Positions 54,640 to 64,000 of a stretch of DNA of 64,000 nucleotides are shown here, piece after piece. The notes below the pieces were generated by a model that searched no databases, was not told the origin of the DNA, and saw only the letters and a list, made by a program, of their open reading frames with translations. A program made the position numbers and the translations under genes. How positions within the stretch are numbered: the first letter of the stretch is position 1; each line of letters begins with the position of its first letter. Source of the stretch: Polyangiales bacterium (GTDB lineage: Bacteria > Myxococcota_A > Polyangia > Polyangiales > Ga0077539); the NCBI GenBank assembly GCA_046351535.1, contig JAXLYG010000005.1, forward strand, positions 37,334 to 101,333, read 5' to 3'.

Positions 54640-57296
54640 TACGAGCCCTTCGTGAACGAGAAGCCCTCGGCCCCGACGTCGACCTTCACGGTCTCATCGG
54701 CCTTGTAGCCACCCCTGAGAAGCTCTTCGGCGAGCGGATCCTGAAGCTGCTTGAGAATGACCCTCTTGAGCGGACGCGCGCCGAACGCGGGCTCGTACCC
54801 GAGGTCCGTGAGGAGGTCCCTCGCGGGGTCGGTCACCTCGAGCTTCACGCGGCTCTCGGCGAGGAGCTTCCCGAGGCGCTTGAGCTGGATGTCCACGATG
54901 CCGCGCAGCGACTTCTTGCTGAGCCGATCGAAGATGCACACGTCGTCGATGCGGTTGAGAAACTCGGGCCTGAAGTGCTTCTTGAGCTCCTGCTGCACCT
55001 CCTCGCGGAGGTCCTCGTCCGAGACGCCCTGCTCCGCAGCCTCGAGGATGCGCGGCGCGCCCACGTTGCTCGTCATGATGATCACGGTGTTCGAGAAGTT
55101 CGCGAGCTGCCCGCGGTTGTCGCTGAGCCTCCCGTCGTCGAGCACCTGAAGGAGGATGTTGAACGTGTCGCTGTGGGCCTTCTCGATCTCGTCGAAGAGC
55201 ACCACGCTGAAGGGCCTCCGACGGATCGCCTCGGTGAGCATGCCGCCCGACTCCGAGTCGACGTAGCCCGTGGGCGAGCCGATGAGCCGCCACACGGAGC
55301 CCTTCTCCATGAACTCGCTCATGTCGAGGCGCACGAGCGCGGCCTCGTCGTCGAAGAGAAACTCCGCGAGGGCCTTCGCCAGCTCGGTCTTGCCCACACC
55401 CGTAGGCCCGAGGAACAGAAAGCTCCCGATGGGCCTGCCCGGATCGCGCAGCCCCACGCGACCGCGCCGAACGGCCTTCGCGATGGCGTTCACGGCGCTG
55501 TCCTGCCCGACCACGCGCCCGCGCATGTGATCCTCCATGCGCAGGAGCTTCTCGGTCTCGCTCTCGAGCATCTTGCTGACCTGCACGCCGGTCCACTGCT
55601 CGATGACGCGCGCCACGCCCTCCTCGTCGACGTGCATCTTGAGCAGCAGCGGCCCCTGCTCACCGAGGAGCTTCTCCGCCGCGATGAGCGCCTGCTCGGC
55701 CTTGGGGAGCTCGTCGTTCGTGAGCCTGCTCGCCGCCGAGGTGTCCCCCGCGCGAATGGCCTTGTCTCGCTCGCCTCGCAGCACGAGGAGCCGCTCCTTC
55801 GCGGTCCGCACGGCGGCGATGGCGTCGCGCTGCCGATCCCACCGGGGCTTGAGATCGCCGTAGCGCGCGCGCACCTCGACGAGCTCCTTCTCGACCTTGG
55901 CGCGCACCTCCACCGAGTTGATGTCGTCCTCGTCGATGAGCGATCGGTGCTGCGCCTCGAGCGCGCTCATGCGCCGCGCGAGCGAGTCGAGCTCCATGGG
56001 ACCGCCGTCGAGCGAGAGCCTGCACTGCGCGGCGGCCTCGTCGATGAGGTCCACGGCCTTGTCGGGCAGCTCGCGCCCCTGGAGGTACCTCGCCCCGAGC
56101 TTCACCGCGGCGACCACGGCGGGATCCGAGATGCGCACGCCGTGAAAGACCTCGTAGCGCTCGACGATGCCGCGGCACATCCCGATGGCCTCGGCCTCGT
56201 CGGGCGGATCGATCATGAGGGCCGCGAAGAGGCGCGAGAGGGTCTGATCCTTCTCGATGTTCTTCTTGTACTCCGCGGGCGTGATCGTCCCGATGATCTG
56301 CACCTCGCCCCGCTGGAGCGCGGGCTTGAGCAGGTCCGCGGGCCCGCTCCCCGTCGCGTTGCTGTTGAAGAGCGTGTGCAGCTCGTCGACGAAGAGAATG
56401 ACCTCACCGTCCGCATCACGCGCGGCTTGAAGCACCGCGCGCAGCCGCTCCTCGAGCTCGCCGCGCAGCTTCGCGCCCGCCACGAGGAGCCCCTGATCGA
56501 GCTGCACGAGGCGCTTCTTCTTGAGCAGCGCGGGCACGTCTCCCTGCGCGAGCCGCGACGCGAGCGCATACACGATCGCGCGCTTGCCGACGCCCGCCTC
56601 GCCGACGATGAGGGGGTTGTTCTTCTGCCGCCGCGCGATCACCTGGAGCAGCCGACGGAGCTCACCGTCACGCCCCACGATGGGATCGAAGCGATCCTGC
56701 GTGGCCGCCGCGATGAGGTCACGTGTGTACTGCGCGAGCGCGTTGCCACCGCCCTGCGCAGCGCCGCCGCCGCTGCCACCACCACCGCCTCCACCACCGC
56801 CGCCTCCACCCCCCGACGGAGCGCTCGCTGCGACCTCGGGCGCGATGGCCATGTCGGGCAGAGACTTCACGGCCTGACGGACCTTCTGCTCATCGACATC
56901 GAGCGCGCGGAGCACGGCGCCCGCGAGGCCCGTGGGCTCCGCGAGAATGGCCACGAGGAGGTGCCGCACCCGCACCGGCGTGCCCTCTCGTGCGGCCTCG
57001 GCCTCGGCGCGCGAGCACAGCCCGAGCATCTTGGGCGAGAGGTACGCGACGGCGCCGGGCACCTGCACGATCTTGCGGAGCACGGCCTCGGTCTCGACGA
57101 TGAGGTCGCCCGGATCGATCCCTGCGGTCTCGAACGCCTTCTGCGTGAGGGGGTCGCGATCGAGCAGGCGAAAGAGCAGGTGGACGCTCTCGACCTCGAC
57201 GTGTCCGCGCTCGTCCGCGAGGCTCTGGGCCCCTGCGATCACGGTGCGGGCGTCTTGCGCGTAGCCTTCGAGTCTCCAGTTGCGGGTCGCACTCAT
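54639..57296 (-). CDS. clpB: ClpB/Hsp104-family AAA+ chaperone paralogue.
   Basis: It has the Clp_N domain, NBD1 (LIVGEAGVGKRAIV, Walker B ILFVDELH), the middle coiled-coil and NBD2 (GPTGVGKTELAKALA, VVLFDEIEKAH). The start was chosen at MSATRNW, with the ATG confirmed at 57294-57296. Confidence 0.9.
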   Translation of the reverse strand: MSATRNWRLEGYAQDARTVIAGAQSLADERGHVEVESVHLLFRLLDRDPLTQKAFETAGIDPGDLIVETEAVLRKIVQVPGAVAYLSPKMLGLCSRAEAEAAREGTPVRVRHLLVAILAEPTGLAGAVLRALDVDEQKVRQAVKSLPDMAIAPEVAASAPSGGGGGGGGGGGGGSGGGAAQGGGNALAQYTRDLIAAATQDRFDPIVGRDGELRRLLQVIARRQKNNPLIVGEAGVGKRAIVYALASRLAQGDVPALLKKKRLVQLDQGLLVAGAKLRGELEERLRAVLQAARDADGEVILFVDELHTLFNSNATGSGPADLLKPALQRGEVQIIGTITPAEYKKNIEKDQTLSRLFAALMIDPPDEAEAIGMCRGIVERYEVFHGVRISDPAVVAAVKLGARYLQGRELPDKAVDLIDEAAAQCRLSLDGGPMELDSLARRMSALEAQHRSLIDEDDINSVEVRAKVEKELVEVRARYGDLKPRWDRQRDAIAAVRTAKERLLVLRGERDKAIRAGDTSAASRLTNDELPKAEQALIAAEKLLGEQGPLLLKMHVDEEGVARVIEQWTGVQVSKMLESETEKLLRMEDHMRGRVVGQDSAVNAIAKAVRRGRVGLRDPGRPIGSFLFLGPTGVGKTELAKALAEFLFDDEAALVRLDMSEFMEKGSVWRLIGSPTGYVDSESGGMLTEAIRRRPFSVVLFDEIEKAHSDTFNILLQVLDDGRLSDNRGQLANFSNTVIIMTSNVGAPRILEAAEQGVSDEDLREEVQQELKKHFRPEFLNRIDDVCIFDRLSKKSLRGIVDIQLKRLGKLLAESRVKLEVTDPARDLLTDLGYEPAFGARPLKRVILKQLQDPLAEELLRGGYKADETVKVDVGAEGFSFTKGS

Positions 57297-57351
57297 AGGG
57301 GGCGCTGACGGTACGCGGTCCCCGCCACCCCCTGCAATCCGCATCACGGGG

Positions 57352-58461
57352 TCAGAACCCCTCTGCGCGAAGCCTCCGCACGATCCCGCGGTAGAACGCG
57401 AGGTGGTCGAAGCCGCTCTCGAGGTTGGGGACCAGGTGCGCGATCTGGCCCACCTCGTCGAAGTGGTCCGCGGGGACGCACCCCATGAAGCGCCCCCACC
57501 GCGCGGAGCGCACCTCGACCATCCCGTCGTTCACGTGCAACGCGGGGTCACCCTGCTCGAGGAGGGCGGCGAAGGGCACGAGGGCGAGGGTGGTGTTGTC
57601 GAGCGCCGAGGGGTCATTGGCCACCACGGCGTCGCCACATTGTTCGCGTCCGGCCCTTCTGTTGGTTCGCCCTGCGTACGACCAGTAGGTCACCCGAGGA
57701 TCGTTCGCATTCGAACGATTGAACGCATCGGCGTTTCGTTCACTGAGCGCGTCGAGCGCGGCGCGGAGGTCTGCGCGAGCGCGCGCCTCGTTGTAGGTGA
57801 AGCCGAGCACCGACGCGACGGCGTTGAGAAACCCGTCGGCCACACCCGGAACGTTGCCCCCGATGGCGTCCGCGACGCGCGTCCCCAGGTGGGGCGTGGC
57901 GACGGTGACGAGGGCGGCGACGCGGTTCCCATACCCGAGCGTCGAGATGAGGTAGCGCGCGTCGAGACCGCCTTGAGAATGGGCGATCAAGATGACCTTC
58001 GCCGCGCCCGTGCGAGGGAACACCTCCTGGTCGAGGTAGCGCGCGAGCATCGGCGCGCGCTCCGCCGACGAGGCGAAGGGAGCGACGACGCTTTCGAACA
58101 CCACCTCGCCGCGCGAGCGGAGGTCGTCGGCCACCCTGAAGTAGTACCCCACGGGTCCGATGTCCCTGAACCCCGCGAAGCCGTGCACCAGCACGATGGG
58201 GTACGGAGCGCCCCTGCCCGCGTCCTCGGGCGGCGGGATCGTTCGGTCACGTACGATCGAGTCGTTCGGCACCGAACCATCTCCAACGTCGTCGAGAGAT
58301 ACATCTTCGACTCCGCGGTCAAGAGAAAACAGAACATCGCCCGACGAGGCATCGGGAGCCTCCGGAGCCCCATCCGGGACCGCCAGAGAAGCCGCCGATT
58401 CGCTCCCGCACGCGGAGAGCCCGAGAGAGAGCGCCAGGAGGGCAGCGAGACCGGTTCTCAT
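57352..58461 (-). CDS. Lipoprotein lipase / alpha-beta hydrolase of the triacylglycerol-lipase family.
   Basis: It has a lipobox (LSLGLSAC), an HG oxyanion motif (PIVLVHGFAG) and the GxSxG nucleophile (AHSQGG). Confidence 0.75.
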   Translation of the reverse strand: MRTGLAALLALSLGLSACGSESAASLAVPDGAPEAPDASSGDVLFSLDRGVEDVSLDDVGDGSVPNDSIVRDRTIPPPEDAGRGAPYPIVLVHGFAGFRDIGPVGYYFRVADDLRSRGEVVFESVVAPFASSAERAPMLARYLDQEVFPRTGAAKVILIAHSQGGLDARYLISTLGYGNRVAALVTVATPHLGTRVADAIGGNVPGVADGFLNAVASVLGFTYNEARARADLRAALDALSERNADAFNRSNANDPRVTYWSYAGRTNRRAGREQCGDAVVANDPSALDNTTLALVPFAALLEQGDPALHVNDGMVEVRSARWGRFMGCVPADHFDEVGQIAHLVPNLESGFDHLAFYRGIVRRLRAEGF

Positions 58462-58551
58462 GCGTGTTTGAAGCTCCATCCGTGGGCGCGAATCTTCTCG
58501 CATTCTCACGTGCCACTCATCCCCCACGAGGAGTAATTTCCGGCCCCCCCG

Positions 58552-59661
58552 ATGGACACTTCAACGCTCAAGAAAACACCCCTCTACGACGAACACCTTC
58601 GGCTCAAGGCCAGAATGGTCCCCTTCACGGGGTACTCGATGCCGGTGCAATACACGGGCATCGTCGACGAGCACCACACGGTGCGAAAGGCGATCGGCTT
58701 CTTCGACGTCTGCCACATGGGCGAGCTCGTGGTGCGCGGCCCCAAGGCCCTCGCGGCCGTCGACCGCCTGGTCACCAACGACATCCGCAGCCTCCAGGAC
58801 GGCCAGTCTCGCTACACCGTCTGCTGCAACGAGAAGGGTACCGCCCTCGATGACCTGATCATCTACCGGGTCTCGGCCGAGCAGGTGCTCATCGTCTGCA
58901 ACGCCTCGAACCGCGAGAAGATCGTCGGCCACTTCACCCGCTCGATCACCGACTCCGAGGTGAAGGACATCTCCGACGACACGGCCCTCATCGCCGTGCA
59001 GGGTCCCCTGGTGATGGGCCTCCTCACCGAGGCCGGCGTCGACGCGCGGGTGACCGAGATGCCTGCGTTCCACTTCACCGACGCCTCGGTGTTCAACATC
59101 CCCTGCACCTTCTCTCGCACGGGCTACACGGGCGAAGACGGCGTCGAGATCTTCTGCCCTCCGGCAGACGCCGCCCGCATCTGGCGCGGCCTCCTCCAGC
59201 TCGGCGAGCCGAAGGGCGCCAAGGCCATCGGGCTCGGCGCGCGCAACACCCTGCGCCTCGAGTGCAAGATGGCCCTCTACGGCAACGACATCGACGAGAC
59301 GACCAACCCCCTCGAGGCGGGCCTCTCGTGGACGGTCAAGCTCGACAAGGGCGACTTCATCGGCCGCGACGCGATCCTCGCGGCGAAGGCGAAGGGGCTC
59401 AGCCGCAAGCTCGTGGGCTTCGAGATCACCGACCGCGCCATCGCGCGAGACCACTGGGACGTGGTCGATGGCGAAGGCAACAAGGTGGGCTACGTCACCA
59501 GCGGCTCGCCCTCGCCGACGCTCGGCAAGAACATCGGCCTCGCGTACGTCCCCGAGGCAATGAGCGCGCTCGGCACGACCTTCACGGTGCGCGACCCCGA
59601 GCGCGGACGCACGGCACCCGCCGTCGTCGTGAAGACGCCCTTCTACAAGCGCGCGAAGTAG
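58552..59661 (+). CDS. gcvT: Glycine cleavage system aminomethyltransferase T protein.
   Basis: The 369-aa protein has the GcvT N-terminus (LKKTPLYDEHLRLKARMVPFTGYSMPVQY). Confidence 0.9.
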   Translation: MDTSTLKKTPLYDEHLRLKARMVPFTGYSMPVQYTGIVDEHHTVRKAIGFFDVCHMGELVVRGPKALAAVDRLVTNDIRSLQDGQSRYTVCCNEKGTALDDLIIYRVSAEQVLIVCNASNREKIVGHFTRSITDSEVKDISDDTALIAVQGPLVMGLLTEAGVDARVTEMPAFHFTDASVFNIPCTFSRTGYTGEDGVEIFCPPADAARIWRGLLQLGEPKGAKAIGLGARNTLRLECKMALYGNDIDETTNPLEAGLSWTVKLDKGDFIGRDAILAAKAKGLSRKLVGFEITDRAIARDHWDVVDGEGNKVGYVTSGSPSPTLGKNIGLAYVPEAMSALGTTFTVRDPERGRTAPAVVVKTPFYKRAK

Positions 59662-59664
59662 TCC

Positions 59665-59682
59665 GCGCGAGCGACCTCGCGC
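59665..59682. terminator. GC-rich hairpin (GCGCGAG-CGAC-CTCGCGC) between the convergent gcvT and cdsA, a candidate bidirectional terminator.
   Basis: The inverted repeat was read directly. There is no U-tract, as is usual at high GC. Confidence 0.4.
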
Positions 59683-59686
59683 TTCG

Positions 59687-60523
59687 TCACCCGAGGCTGA
59701 TCCAGCCCGTGCGGAGCGCGAGGTACACGACGGCGGCCGTGAAGGTCAGCGCGTCGATCCGATCGAGAATCCCACCATGTCCCGGGAGGAGCCCTCCCGA
59801 GTCCTTCACGCCCGCGCTTCGCTTGAGCACCGACTCGCAGAGGTCGCCGAGCTGGCCGATCGCGCCCGCGACGATGGCGAGGGGAATCCCCCGTTCGAGC
59901 GAGAGCACCGGGAGGTAGACGTAGTGCGCGAACACGACCCCGAGCACCGAGCCGATGAGCCCGCCGAGGGAGCCCGACCAGGTCTTGTTGGGTGAGACCG
60001 CGGGGTAGAGCTTCGGTCCGCCGAAGTTCTTTCCGAAGGCCATGGCGCCCGTGTCGCCGAACCAGGCGATCATCAGGGTGACGACCACGAGGCCCGCGCC
60101 CTGGGCGTGGGTGCCGAGGTCGTGCATGGCCGCGATGGTCCCCATGAGCCCACCGATGTACGTGGGCCCGAGAACGAGCGCGCCGGTCTCGACGAAGGCG
60201 TTGGGGATGCGCGAAGGGCGGGTGAGGGAGAAGAGCAGCGCGATGGGGATCAGTGCGATCGTGGCGAAGGAGAAGAGCCACGCGTGGTCAGCGCCGAAGC
60301 GCGTGTACCAGACGACGAAGAGCATCCCGAGCGAGAGCACGGTCCCGAAGGCCCGACCGAAGTGGTCTTCGCCGTGGGAGAGCGTGAAGAACTCCCACGA
60401 GGCGAGCGCCACGATGAGCGCGATGAAGAGGGTGAACGTCCAGAGCGGCGTGACATAGAGCAGCGGGAGGATGATCGGCAGGAAGACGAGGCCGGTCACG
60501 ATCCGACGGACGAGGTTCGACAT
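59687..60523 (-). CDS. cdsA: Phosphatidate cytidylyltransferase.
   Basis: It is a polytopic membrane protein with the CTP_transf_1 signature region (…FGKNFGGPKLYPAVSPNKTWSG…) and is adjacent to uppS. Confidence 0.85.
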   Translation of the reverse strand: MSNLVRRIVTGLVFLPIILPLLYVTPLWTFTLFIALIVALASWEFFTLSHGEDHFGRAFGTVLSLGMLFVVWYTRFGADHAWLFSFATIALIPIALLFSLTRPSRIPNAFVETGALVLGPTYIGGLMGTIAAMHDLGTHAQGAGLVVVTLMIAWFGDTGAMAFGKNFGGPKLYPAVSPNKTWSGSLGGLIGSVLGVVFAHYVYLPVLSLERGIPLAIVAGAIGQLGDLCESVLKRSAGVKDSGGLLPGHGGILDRIDALTFTAAVVYLALRTGWISLG

Positions 60524-60536
60524 TGGCGGCAGAGTC

Positions 60537-61310
60537 TCAGGTCGCGATGGGTTCAGCGGGCTCCGCGATGCGGGGGAAGGGTCTCACGAAGGGGACCAGA
60601 CCGAAACGGCGTTGGCGACCCTGATACGACGCGATGGCCTCATGGAGGTCCTCTGCGGTGAAGTCGGGCCAGAGGCAGCGCGAGAAATGAAACTCGGCGT
60701 AGGCCGAACCCCAGAGGAGAAAGTTCGAGATGCGGAGCTCACCGCCCGTCCTGATGAGCAGGTCGGGATCGCCGTACTCGACCGAGGGGATGTGCGCCCT
60801 GAGCGCTTCCTCGGTGATCTCTTCGGGGCGGAGGCTGCCCTCCCTGACCTTCTCCGCGAGGATGCGCGCGGCGTTGGCGATCTCCTCGCGACCTCCGTAC
60901 GAGAGGGCGAGCGAGAGGACCATCTTGCGGTTCTCTGAAGAGCGCGCCGAGAGCTCATCGAGCACCTCGCGAACGTGCGGCGGGAGCTTCTGGGTGTTCC
61001 CCACTGCGCGGAGATGGATCTCGTTCCCGAGGATCTCCTCGCGCTCGCTCACGAGGTACTCCTGAAGGAGGTTCATGAGCGCATCGACCTCGTCCTCGGG
61101 TCGTCCCCAGTTCTGTTCCGAGAAGGCGTACAGGGTGAGCTGCTCGATCCCGAGTCGCCTCGCGGCGCGAACGATCCGGCGTACGGCGTGGCTCCCGGCG
61201 CGGTGGCCCGCGGTGCGGGGACGACCTCGGAGCTCGGCCCAACGCCCGTTGCCATCCATGACGATCCCGACGTGTCGCGGGAGGTTTCGAGCATCGATCA
61301 TGGTCATCAT
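60537..61310 (-). CDS. uppS: Isoprenyl transferase (undecaprenyl-diphosphate synthase).
   Basis: It has the HVGIVMDGNGRWA motif and the cis-IPPS fold. The start was chosen at MMTMIDARN. Confidence 0.9.
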   Translation of the reverse strand: MMTMIDARNLPRHVGIVMDGNGRWAELRGRPRTAGHRAGSHAVRRIVRAARRLGIEQLTLYAFSEQNWGRPEDEVDALMNLLQEYLVSEREEILGNEIHLRAVGNTQKLPPHVREVLDELSARSSENRKMVLSLALSYGGREEIANAARILAEKVREGSLRPEEITEEALRAHIPSVEYGDPDLLIRTGGELRISNFLLWGSAYAEFHFSRCLWPDFTAEDLHEAIASYQGRQRRFGLVPFVRPFPRIAEPAEPIAT

Positions 61311-61417
61311 TGGTTCGGTGTTTCTATCGCCGATCGGTGCGATGAAGCCAAGCGGTGCGGAGGTGGTCGGCTGTCGTTGCCCGGTGAACGGGCGGGACTT
61401 AGGTTCGACCGGCAAAC

Positions 61418-62380
61418 ATGGCTGACAAAGACTACTACGAGATCCTGGGAGTCCCTCGGAGCGCAGACGCCGAGACGATCAAGAAGGCCTACCGGGCGCT
61501 CGCTCTCAAATATCATCCTGATCGGAACCCGGGAGACAAGAAGGCAGAAGAGACCTTCAAGGCGATCAACAGCGCATATGACGCGTTGAGCGATCCCAAG
61601 AAGAGAAGCCTCTACGATGAGTTCGGCGACGTCGCGCTCCGTGAAGGCTTCAACGCAGATCAGTTCAGGCAATACCAGAGCGCCTTCAGGGGAGGAGGCG
61701 GCGGTGGTGCAGTGAACTTCGAAGACATCTTCGGAGCGGGAGGCGGAGGCGCCAACGATTACAGCTCCATCTTCGAGCAGTTCTTCGGCGGCGGCGTCCC
61801 CGGTGGTGGTCGTGTCGGAACCCGTCGTGCGCAGCGTCCGCGCGCTCCGATGAAGGGTCCCGACCTCGAAGGAACACTCCCCATCGATCTCCCCACTGCC
61901 GTCCGCGGCGGCGAGGTCTCGATGAGCGTCAACGGGGCCACCATCAAGGTGAAGGTCCCCTCTGGGATCAAAGACGGCCACAAGCTCCGACTGGCGGGCA
62001 AGGGAGGGCGCAGCCCTGATGGCCTCTCGGGAGATCTCATCCTCACGGTGAAGGTCGAGGAGCACCCCTCGTTCTGGCGTGAGGGCGACGACCTCCACGT
62101 TCGCGTCCCTGTCAGCATCGTCGAGGCCTGGCGTGGCGCGAAGGTGAAGATCCCCACCAGCGGCTCGGACATCACCATCCGAATCCCCGCACACACGAGT
62201 TCCGGTGCCCGTCTCCGACTCCGGGGTAAGGGCATTCCCGGCGCCGAGCATCGCGAGGCCACCGACCTCATTGCCCACATCGAGATCGTTCTCCCGCCCG
62301 TGACCGCCGAGACTGAAGAGGCCATCAAGCTCCTCGAGAAGAGCCTGCACGCCGATCCTCGCGCCGAGCTCAAATTCTGA
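61418..62380 (+). CDS. DnaJ-family co-chaperone of CbpA type (a J domain plus the C-terminal substrate-binding domains, with no zinc finger).
   Basis: It has a J domain with HPD (DYYEILGV…YHPDRNP), a G/F-rich linker and the DnaJ_C domain. Confidence 0.85.
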   Translation: MADKDYYEILGVPRSADAETIKKAYRALALKYHPDRNPGDKKAEETFKAINSAYDALSDPKKRSLYDEFGDVALREGFNADQFRQYQSAFRGGGGGGAVNFEDIFGAGGGGANDYSSIFEQFFGGGVPGGGRVGTRRAQRPRAPMKGPDLEGTLPIDLPTAVRGGEVSMSVNGATIKVKVPSGIKDGHKLRLAGKGGRSPDGLSGDLILTVKVEEHPSFWREGDDLHVRVPVSIVEAWRGAKVKIPTSGSDITIRIPAHTSSGARLRLRGKGIPGAEHREATDLIAHIEIVLPPVTAETEEAIKLLEKSLHADPRAELKF

Positions 62381-62428
62381 GAGTCCACCGCACTCCTCCG
62401 GTTGGTGTATCCATCGGTGGTGTTGCAC

Positions 62429-64000
62429 GTGAAACATCCGACCGCGGTCTCCCTCGCCTTCCTCCTCCTCACCGCCTGCGAAGGGACCCCGACCCAACCA
62501 AGAAGCGAGCCGCGTCCGCAGCCGACCGCGATCGACGTCACACCCGCACATCCGACCCCGACGCCCACCGACGCAGCGACGGATCGAACCGCGCCTCCGG
62601 CACGGCCACGGGTCGACTGGTCGGAGGCCTACGACGCCCGTCCGCTCCCCGACGCGCGCGTGCTCTCGCTCCAACTCTCGGCGCAGTCTGACGGCGAGCC
62701 GCTCGCAGAACACGCGGCCTTCGTCCTCGGGCGAAGGCTGTCTGCCGACCGGATGGCCTCGGTGCTGAGCGTGCTCCCGTCACGCCTGCTGCCGTACTTC
62801 GCGCGGGGTGCGAGCGGCCGCGGCGCCGATGCCCAGCCCGCGTCCCTCCCTCCGAGCGTCTCCGCGGGACTGGCACAACCGCACCCCGACGTGGCGCTCG
62901 CGACCTGGGTGTTTCGGTCCCGACGCCCGCTGCAGGGAATTCGTCCCGAGCAGATGCGTCGACTGTTCGCGAGCCCGCGCCCCGACGACCAGCTCGTGGC
63001 GGCTCGCATCCTGGTCTCGCCGAACGTCGATGCGCCCTTCGACCTCGTCGAGTACCTGCAACCCGTTCCGATGGCGGTCGCGTTCCGCTCGATCTCACTT
63101 CGGGCGTCGACGGTCCCGCAGTGGTGGCACCGCTGGATCGACACGCTCGCACTCCGCGTTCGCGCCAACCCCCGCGCCTGGGGGAACACCTGGCTGGCGC
63201 TCCTCGATGCTGCACCGAAGGCCGAGGTCGAGGTCCGAACGGCGCTCATCGCCGGACTCACCTCCCTCCAGGGAATCACCACCGGAGACGACAGCGTCGA
63301 CGCGGCCTTTCGATGTCGTAACGCCGCCACCCTCGATGGGCTTAGCGGCGCGCTCAGTACGGTCGCCACCTGCGCCGACGAAGCGCATCACTGGCGATCG
63401 CTCGTCGCCCGTGTTCGCTACACGCGGGAGCACCCCACCGATCCCCAGAAGGCCGCGATCCTGACGCAGGTGCTCCGCGACGCGAGCGGTGACCTGAGGG
63501 TGCTTGAGGCGCTCCCCGAGGCGGTTGTCGAACTTCCGCCGGGAATGGCCCGACCTCTTCTTCAGGAGATCGCCGCCAGCCGCGATCCCGGTGTTCTCGC
63601 GGCCCTGCTCGAAGCCCTCGCGTTGCACGTGCAACACGCGAGGGTGCTCCCGTCGTCGCTGAGGGAACAGCTCATCAGGGCGCCCTTCGGGCTCGACGAA
63701 GCGCCCTCACTGGAAGCCCGGCAACAGGCGATCGCGCTCGCAAGGGCGCTCAACCTCAGGATCCCCGAGAACACGAGCAGCGTCCGCGCGATGCAGCAGG
63801 CGCTGAACCCCGACGCTGGAGCGATCCCCGCGAGAAGCTCGGCGGAACCGAACACGCTCGAAGGAACCCTCGTGGTGACCACACCCAGGGGGCGCGTGGT
63901 GATCGAGATCGGACGCGAGGCCGCACCGCAAGCGGCGCGAACCGTGATCGAAGCCGCGCGGGGCGCCCGCTACAACGGAACGATCTTCCATCGCGTCGTC
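62429..64000 (+). CDS. Lipoprotein with a C-terminal cyclophilin-type peptidyl-prolyl isomerase domain, running off the window end (3' partial).
   Basis: A GTG/TTG start at about 62423-62431 is followed by a lipobox (LLLTACEG). The last residues (…GTLVVTTPRGRVVIEIGREAAPQAARTVIEAARGARYNGTIFHRVV) match the start of a cyclophilin domain, and there is no stop before 64000. Confidence 0.55.
   Translation, partial: MKHPTAVSLAFLLLTACEGTPTQPRSEPRPQPTAIDVTPAHPTPTPTDAATDRTAPPARPRVDWSEAYDARPLPDARVLSLQLSAQSDGEPLAEHAAFVLGRRLSADRMASVLSVLPSRLLPYFARGASGRGADAQPASLPPSVSAGLAQPHPDVALATWVFRSRRPLQGIRPEQMRRLFASPRPDDQLVAARILVSPNVDAPFDLVEYLQPVPMAVAFRSISLRASTVPQWWHRWIDTLALRVRANPRAWGNTWLALLDAAPKAEVEVRTALIAGLTSLQGITTGDDSVDAAFRCRNAATLDGLSGALSTVATCADEAHHWRSLVARVRYTREHPTDPQKAAILTQVLRDASGDLRVLEALPEAVVELPPGMARPLLQEIAASRDPGVLAALLEALALHVQHARVLPSSLREQLIRAPFGLDEAPSLEARQQAIALARALNLRIPENTSSVRAMQQALNPDAGAIPARSSAEPNTLEGTLVVTTPRGRVVIEIGREAAPQAARTVIEAARGARYNGTIFHRVV

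Noticed and set aside
1-64000. CRISPR arrays, tRNA/rRNA genes, transposases, integrases and phage genes.
   Set aside because: No regularly spaced direct repeats, no cloverleaf-like or rRNA-like segments and no recombinase-like ORFs were seen on reading the window. Reading by eye cannot fully exclude a short tRNA.

Overview
This is about 64 kb of very GC-rich bacterial chromosome (roughly 70% by eye), densely coded on both strands. The gene content points to Myxococcota, which is an inference from it, not a database result. That content includes CarD/CdnL, two eukaryotic-like Ser/Thr kinases (one with a PEGA domain), a 7TMR-DISM histidine kinase paired with a sigma54-type activator, AgmX/PglI-type TonB_C-like proteins and many lipoproteins. 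Recognisable housekeeping genes are moaB-moeA-moaD, cinA-thpR(ligT)-recA, tex, glnD, a clpB-like gene, gcvT, cdsA-uppS and a dnaJ/cbpA-like gene. I found no rRNA, tRNA, CRISPR array, transposase or integrase. The most unusual content is a pair of paralogous giant fusion proteins, each a polytopic MFS-like domain joined to a spermidine-synthase-like domain with altered catalytic motifs and a TPR tail. One closes a co-directional cluster of Ser/Thr kinase, lipoproteins, a membrane protein and a ferritin-like protein. The other sits in a tight minus-strand operon with an ABC ATPase, a small membrane protein and a class I/II aminotransferase. Other candidates are a 213-bp nested palindromic intergenic element, an orphan CcmE-like heme chaperone with a CxxxY motif, a ClpB paralogue with a K-R Walker A and a poly-Gly insert, and repeat-bearing paired AgmX/PglI-like genes. 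Coordinates come from the supplied ORF track. Start codons were re-chosen by reading the sequence and are approximate wherever noted.
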